From Gordius albopunctatus (lineage: Eukaryota), in contig OZ193909.1 in assembly GCA_964276515.1 (NCBI GenBank), positions 6,138,001 through 6,202,000 on the forward strand: a DNA stretch of 64,000 nt, given 5' to 3'. A model generated the notes under the pieces. That model had not been told where the DNA came from and searched no databases. It saw only the letters and a list, made by a program, of their open reading frames with translations. The position numbers were made by a program, and so were the translations under genes. The first letter of the stretch is position 1; each line of letters starts with the position of its first letter. Below are positions 58,501-64,000 of the stretch, piece after piece.

Positions 58501-61500
58501 CAATGACTGTATATTTTGACCTCCTGCAATCTTCATGATAAGATCATCGAAAGTTGGTAGTAAGTAATTATTTAAGGTTAAATAAGAATTTATTGTGGCA
58601 CGAAAATCACCGCAAATCCTAATTGTACCATTAGACTTTATGACATTAACTATTGGGGTTGCCCAATGGATTGGTGTTTGTGAAGGATCGACTTGTTCAA
58701 TAATATCGTCTTTCAACAATCTTGCAAGTTCATCTTCTACTTTCTTTCGTATTGGAAAAGGAACTCTCCTGGCTGAATAAGCTATTGGATTAGCTTCTTC
58801 CTTTAGAAAAATACCTACTTCATAATCATTTATGCAGCCAGTTCCTTCATTGAATACATTTGAATATTTTTAAATGAATATCTCTTCACAATTTATCGGT
58901 TCATTTTGAATATATTTAATTTTAACTTGATATGGAAGTTTCAGGTTAAAGGCTTGAATCCAATTTAAACCAAAGATAGGTTCTTCATCAACCGTTGTCA
59001 CCACAGCTGGTAAATTCATAATTTCTCAATTAATTGGTACTTTATAATTTCCATAAGATTTTAAAATAGAGGTAGGACGTAAAATTGGTGTGTTCATAAT
59101 TTTGTACATTTTGTTGTTAATCAGAGATACATAAGATCCTGTGTCATATAACATGGTGAATTTCCTATTATTGATTATAACACCTATATAAGGCTTGTTT
59201 TGATAAAAATTGTTTATATCATAATTAACCCAAATTGTATTGATGATATGATTTACTTTGTTTGAGGTTTTGCACATTTTTTCAAAGTGTCCTCTATGAT
59301 GACATATGGAACATTCTTTTAAAATGCTGGACATTGCTTCATTGCATGTGACTTACCACATCTATATCAATTTCTTATGAATGATTGTTGATGTTCATCC
59401 TTCTTCTTCTTCTTCTTTATCAGTTATTTGGTCCCACATTGGTGGGGTTTGTTTTGATAATTTTCTTCCATCTTCACCGGGTGAGTGCCATGTCTTGACT
59501 AATCTCATTAGTTTCCATAACTTTATCGACTTGCCCTTTCCACGTGACACGGGTCGTCCTCTTCCTCTCTTCCCCGGTACCTCCATGTCCAGCACTTTTC
59601 GATTTACGTCATCCGTATCCCTCCTTAGTATATGCCCATACCACCTTAGCCGATTTTCGTTAATCATGTCCGCCATAGATTGAATACCCATTTTTGTCAT
59701 GAGAAAGTTATTCGTCATATGGTCGAGATTAGTATACCCCAAGCTCCCCGTATCATTCTAATCTCTGTGGCTTGTAATAGCTTTAATTCCGTGGTGTTTA
59801 ATGCCCATGTTTCACTTCCATAGAGTAACACCGGTCTTACGATGGATTTGTAAGTTTTGCTCTTCAACCATATTGGCATTTTCTTGTCACACATTACACC
59901 GGATATACTTCGCCATTTAAGCATCCTTTTTGGATCCGGGCATTGACTTCTGTTGTGCAACCTCCCTCTTGATGTAGCATCGAGCCGAGGTATGCGAACC
60001 TGTCTACTTTTGGGTACTTTAGATGGTCATCCAGCGACGAGGTGCCTTTACCGTTCATTTCCATCATATAGCATACACCATGGCGAAGGCTTTTTAACGT
60101 CCCTCGTTATCGTGTCTATAATTATATTAAATAAAAAGGGACTTAAAGCAGAGCCTTGATGTAATCCAATATTAACCCGAAAAGGTTTAGAGCTCCAACT
60201 GTCGTCCTAACGCAAGAGTTTGAAGCTTCATAAATATTTTTTATAAGCCGTATATATGCGTCAGGGATATTTTGTTTCCTCAGGGACCACCATATTAAGT
60301 CGCGGGGGACCGTGTCATAAGCTTTCTCCAAGTCGATAAAAACCATATTTAGTTCTTTCCTCTTTTCACTATACTTATCCATCATTTGTCTCAGGGCGAA
60401 GATTGGCTCGATTGTGGATTTGCCGGCCACGAATCCGAATTGATTAGCCGATATTTCCACCTCGCTTTTCAGCCTTGTTACTAAGATCCTTTCCAAAAGC
60501 TTCAAGGAATAGCAAGTTAGCTTGATACCTCTGTAATTTCCGCAGTCCCGAGGGTCTCCTTTGCCTTTAAATAAGGGTATAATCGTGCTTACTCTCCATT
60601 GATTAGGGATTCGCTCTTCTACCAATAACTTGTTAAGGAGGTTCGTCATGGTGGTGACTCCTTCTTCACGACATCCGAGCAATGCTTCCATAGGTATTCC
60701 ATCTGGACCATTTGCTTTTCCTTTTTGCATATTGTTCATCCTAACTTCATCCTCCTGAAAGCGTTCGACCATATTTATATTTTGCTCAATTTCGGGAAGA
60801 GAATCTTTGTCGTTTGCAATATTCATAAGTTTCTTAAAATATCCTTTCCACCTTTCCATCACCTTCTTTCGGCTTGAATAAGGTTTGACTCTTCTCGCTT
60901 TTGACTATTTTAAGAACTCCGACATCGCGACTTTTCTTCTCCCTTATCTTGGCCAATTTGTACATAAGCCTATCGCCCCCTTTATGATCCAGTTTGTTTG
61001 CCATCTCGGTGTACGCGGCATTCTTTGCTTTTGCAACGGCCTTTTTTGCGGCCTTATTTGCCTACCTGTACTCTTGATAATCCTCCGACTCTTTTGATTT
61101 ATGCCACCGTCTATAGTTTTTTCTTTCTTTCGATGAAATCTTTAACCGATTAATCCCACCACCATAGTTCCCTATTCATAGCTTTGCCTCCTTTGGTCTG
61201 TCCTAGAACACGAATCGTTGATTCATTAATGTCCTTAGATAGCGTATCCCAATCGTCGTCTACGTCCCTTTGCAACTTCCTTGCACCCAAGCGTGAGCAG
61301 GCTTTTTGGTGGTATTCTTTGTTCGTCGACGTATCCTTTAGCCTTTCGTATCGAATTCGAGGTTCATATACCTTTCTTCTTTCGGGAAATGCTCTTCTGA
61401 CAAGATCCATAACAAGGGGACGATGTTGCCTGGCGATTTCTTCTCCCGGTATCACTTTGCAATCCTTGATACTCCATAAGTCCTTTCGCCGTATAAGCAA

Positions 61501-63208
61501 ATAGTCGATTTGACAAAAATGCTTCCCACTTCTATAGGTCACAATATGATCTTCGCGCTTTTGAAAATAGGTTATAACGATCGCCATGTCATATGCTTGG
61601 GATACTTGGAGAAGTTTTTCCCCTTCTTTGTTCTTCAGACCATGCCCGTAGCCTCCATGATTGCGTTCATACCCGAGGCGATCTTTCTGAACGTGAGCGT
61701 TGAAATCTACCCCAATAATTAGCCTTTCTTCCTGTCCTATTCCTTGTATTTCCTTCTCCAATGAATCGAAGAATATGTCTTTCTCTGATTCCAAACATCC
61801 AATTTGAGGGGCATACGCGCACATAACGGTTAGGAGGCCCCCTTGATTTGCAATCTTCACCCACATTAGCCTGTCGGAACAAAGCTTGACTTCCACCCCC
61901 TTGTTCTTGAACGATTCACTTAGAACGATACCGACCCCGTTTCTACGATTTGATGACCCACTGTAGAAAAGCTTGTATCCTTTTCCTAATTCCCGAGCTT
62001 TCGTTCCGTTTCACCTCGTCTCTTGTAGGCAGGCTATGTGTACCTTTCTTCTTTTTAGCATCTGTGCGACCTTGATGCTCTTCCCCGTCAACGCTCCCAC
62101 ATTCCAGCACGTAATTCGCATTCTTTCAACAACTAGTTTCCTTAACCGCCTTCGTTGTGAGCTAGGCAGTAGCCCTAGTGTATTTTTCACATTGCACGGG
62201 TGGGGTATGCAGTGCTCGTCGTATGTGGAGGACGCCCTAGCCTTTTCTTGTAAAATCTCGTTTGAAACTATCATAATTTTGGAGTTGATTTTTATAGCCG
62301 GTTTCCGACCTGACGCCAACCCTCCACTTTTTTCACACGGACTTGGGACCGTCGTAGGTAGTGTTTGTTGATGTTCATCCTTCTTTGTAGCAAATTGTTT
62401 TATTGATTGCCTATTCTTTTGATTTGAGTACATTGGATTTGGTTTTTTTATAATTTTCAATTTCGTTTGAATCTTGTGATGTGTTAACTTCTTTATTAGC
62501 TGTCTCCATTGATTCAGCTAGATTGTATATATCAGTAAATGTTATTTCTACTCCAGTATGCTTAACAGCATCCGGCCATCTGGTCATAACATCTAGCTCT
62601 ACTTGTGTATTATACAGTCCATTTAAAAATTGATCTCGCAATCGTTCATCCAACAATTTAAAACTACAGCACTCAGCATAGGCTTTTAATCTAGTAACGT
62701 ATTCTATTAAAGATTCATCCTCCTTTTTTATGCATCTCATAAAATTTAATATTGCTTGAAATATTGTGGATTTTGTTTGGAATACCTTCTTTATTAATTT
62801 GATTAAATCATCATCAAGTGAGCTTATATTATCTGGATACACAAAGTTTATCAGTAATTCCACGTTTTTCTGTCCCATATAACCCAATATAGTTTTGGTT
62901 CTATTTTCTTTTGGGACAAGTTTTAACTCAAATATTTATTTAGGGCGAACAAGTATGTATTTATGTCATCACCTGCTTTATATTGAGGTATTACTTCCAT
63001 TTTTGTACCGCGCCACTATATAATAATAGGACTACTGCGATATTAAGACTCAAAATACAGAATTGGTTTATTCAAATTAACATAATCATGTGTTAATGTA
63101 CAACATATGCACAAGGTATATAGAACTCAATAATATTATAATAACGGGTATAAACACAGATTATATAACATTACAAGAATAATCAACGTTGGATGACTGT
63201 CTCATATC
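58500..63208 (-). mobile_element. Truncated Ty3/gypsy (K02A2.6/Mag-like) LTR retrotransposon split by an RTE insertion
   Basis: PBS-like TGGCGCGG at about 63008-63015; gag from 63000; zinc knuckles; protease LYDTGS; RT start WATPIVNVIKSNGTIRICGDF truncated near 58500. Confidence 0.88.
59406..62364 (-). mobile_element. Near full-length RTE LINE, frameshifted, with the YADD region deleted
   Basis: APE (CWNVG, DFNAHV, QIDYLL), RT ([19 protein letters not shown]), (GAA)n tail, 21-nt duplication ttgttgatgttcatccttctt. Confidence 0.95.
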
Positions 63209-63689
63209 ATTATAAAATGTATTTTATATTAAGAAACACCCAGATTTAAATATATCCTGTAATAACAGTGTATTTGGAAAAGTTTATTATACCTTTGTAA
63301 AATAAGATACAGGTTTTTTGGGGTTCTCACTAATGTCCTCACATATTCCAGGGTCATTATTATAAAATATTTCATCTTTTAATGCAGATAAGAGGAATTT
63401 AGTAGTCGAAGACCTATTTTTGCTCTCAGGGAAATTTTTGGATATTCGAGAAAATATTTTTTTAAATCTGCCCCCCGTCCCCCCCCCCCCTCATTCAAAA
63501 CCTGCGTCACGCCCATGCATTGATTTAATGTTTCAGATCGTAAAAAGTTTCCATTTTCCGCAGTACATGCCTACATTTAACACACTACACTACCTACTCG
63601 CATGCACACACATAGTTTCATTTAGATACGCCGGCAGTACGTCATTAGGTTGCGTTTAATTGACATTCTATTAAACGTCACAACGTATA

Positions 63690-63863
63690 AAACAATATAT
63701 CTCGAAAACTACTGGACCGATTTGGCTCAAACAAATCTTAAACATGCTCCGGAGTGTCAGGAATAAACTGTAAAATTTGAGCCAAATCAGTCTCGTAGAT
63801 TTCCAAAATTGGTGGCGGCATACACACACATACATAGTTTCATTTATATATATATATATAAGA
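63690..63863 (-). mobile_element. Probable Helitron 5' terminus
   Basis: Minus strand reads A|TCTTATATATATATATATAAATG followed by a TATG/TGTG microsatellite. Confidence 0.55.
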
Positions 63864-64000
63864 TATTTTGTATTTAGCCTGTTAATTCTTCCTACATTAA
63901 GTTCGTGAATTATTTCCCACATGACAATTATATTTTAATCGCTCATTATATGATCGAGGCATAACGATGGGCATGCACATTGCTTATAGTATTTTCTAGA

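Overview
AT-rich eukaryotic, most likely invertebrate animal, genomic DNA with many very short GT-AG introns (34-60 nt) and a dense load of transposons. Three conserved genes can be spliced by hand, all on the minus strand: Polo-like kinase PLK1 (3' end runs off the window), EMC10 and Syntaxin-18. The ORF track mostly misses Syntaxin-18. There is also an initiator tRNA-Met. Less ordinary candidates are a probably secreted orphan protein of about 850 aa with 62-aa repeats (8.2-13.1 kb) and a spliced TGF-beta/activin type I receptor-like ectodomain with no kinase after it (48.4-51.2 kb), which may have a divergently oriented relative. Mobile DNA includes a DIRS-like fragment, four RTE LINE copies plus a 3' stub, a PIF/Harbinger carrying a transposase and a MADF-BESS partner, Helitrons, two Ty3/gypsy remnants (one with a nested RTE), hAT transposase remnants and many hAT MITEs with 8-bp target-site duplications (TSDs). 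All gene models were spliced by eye; there is no transcript or database support.
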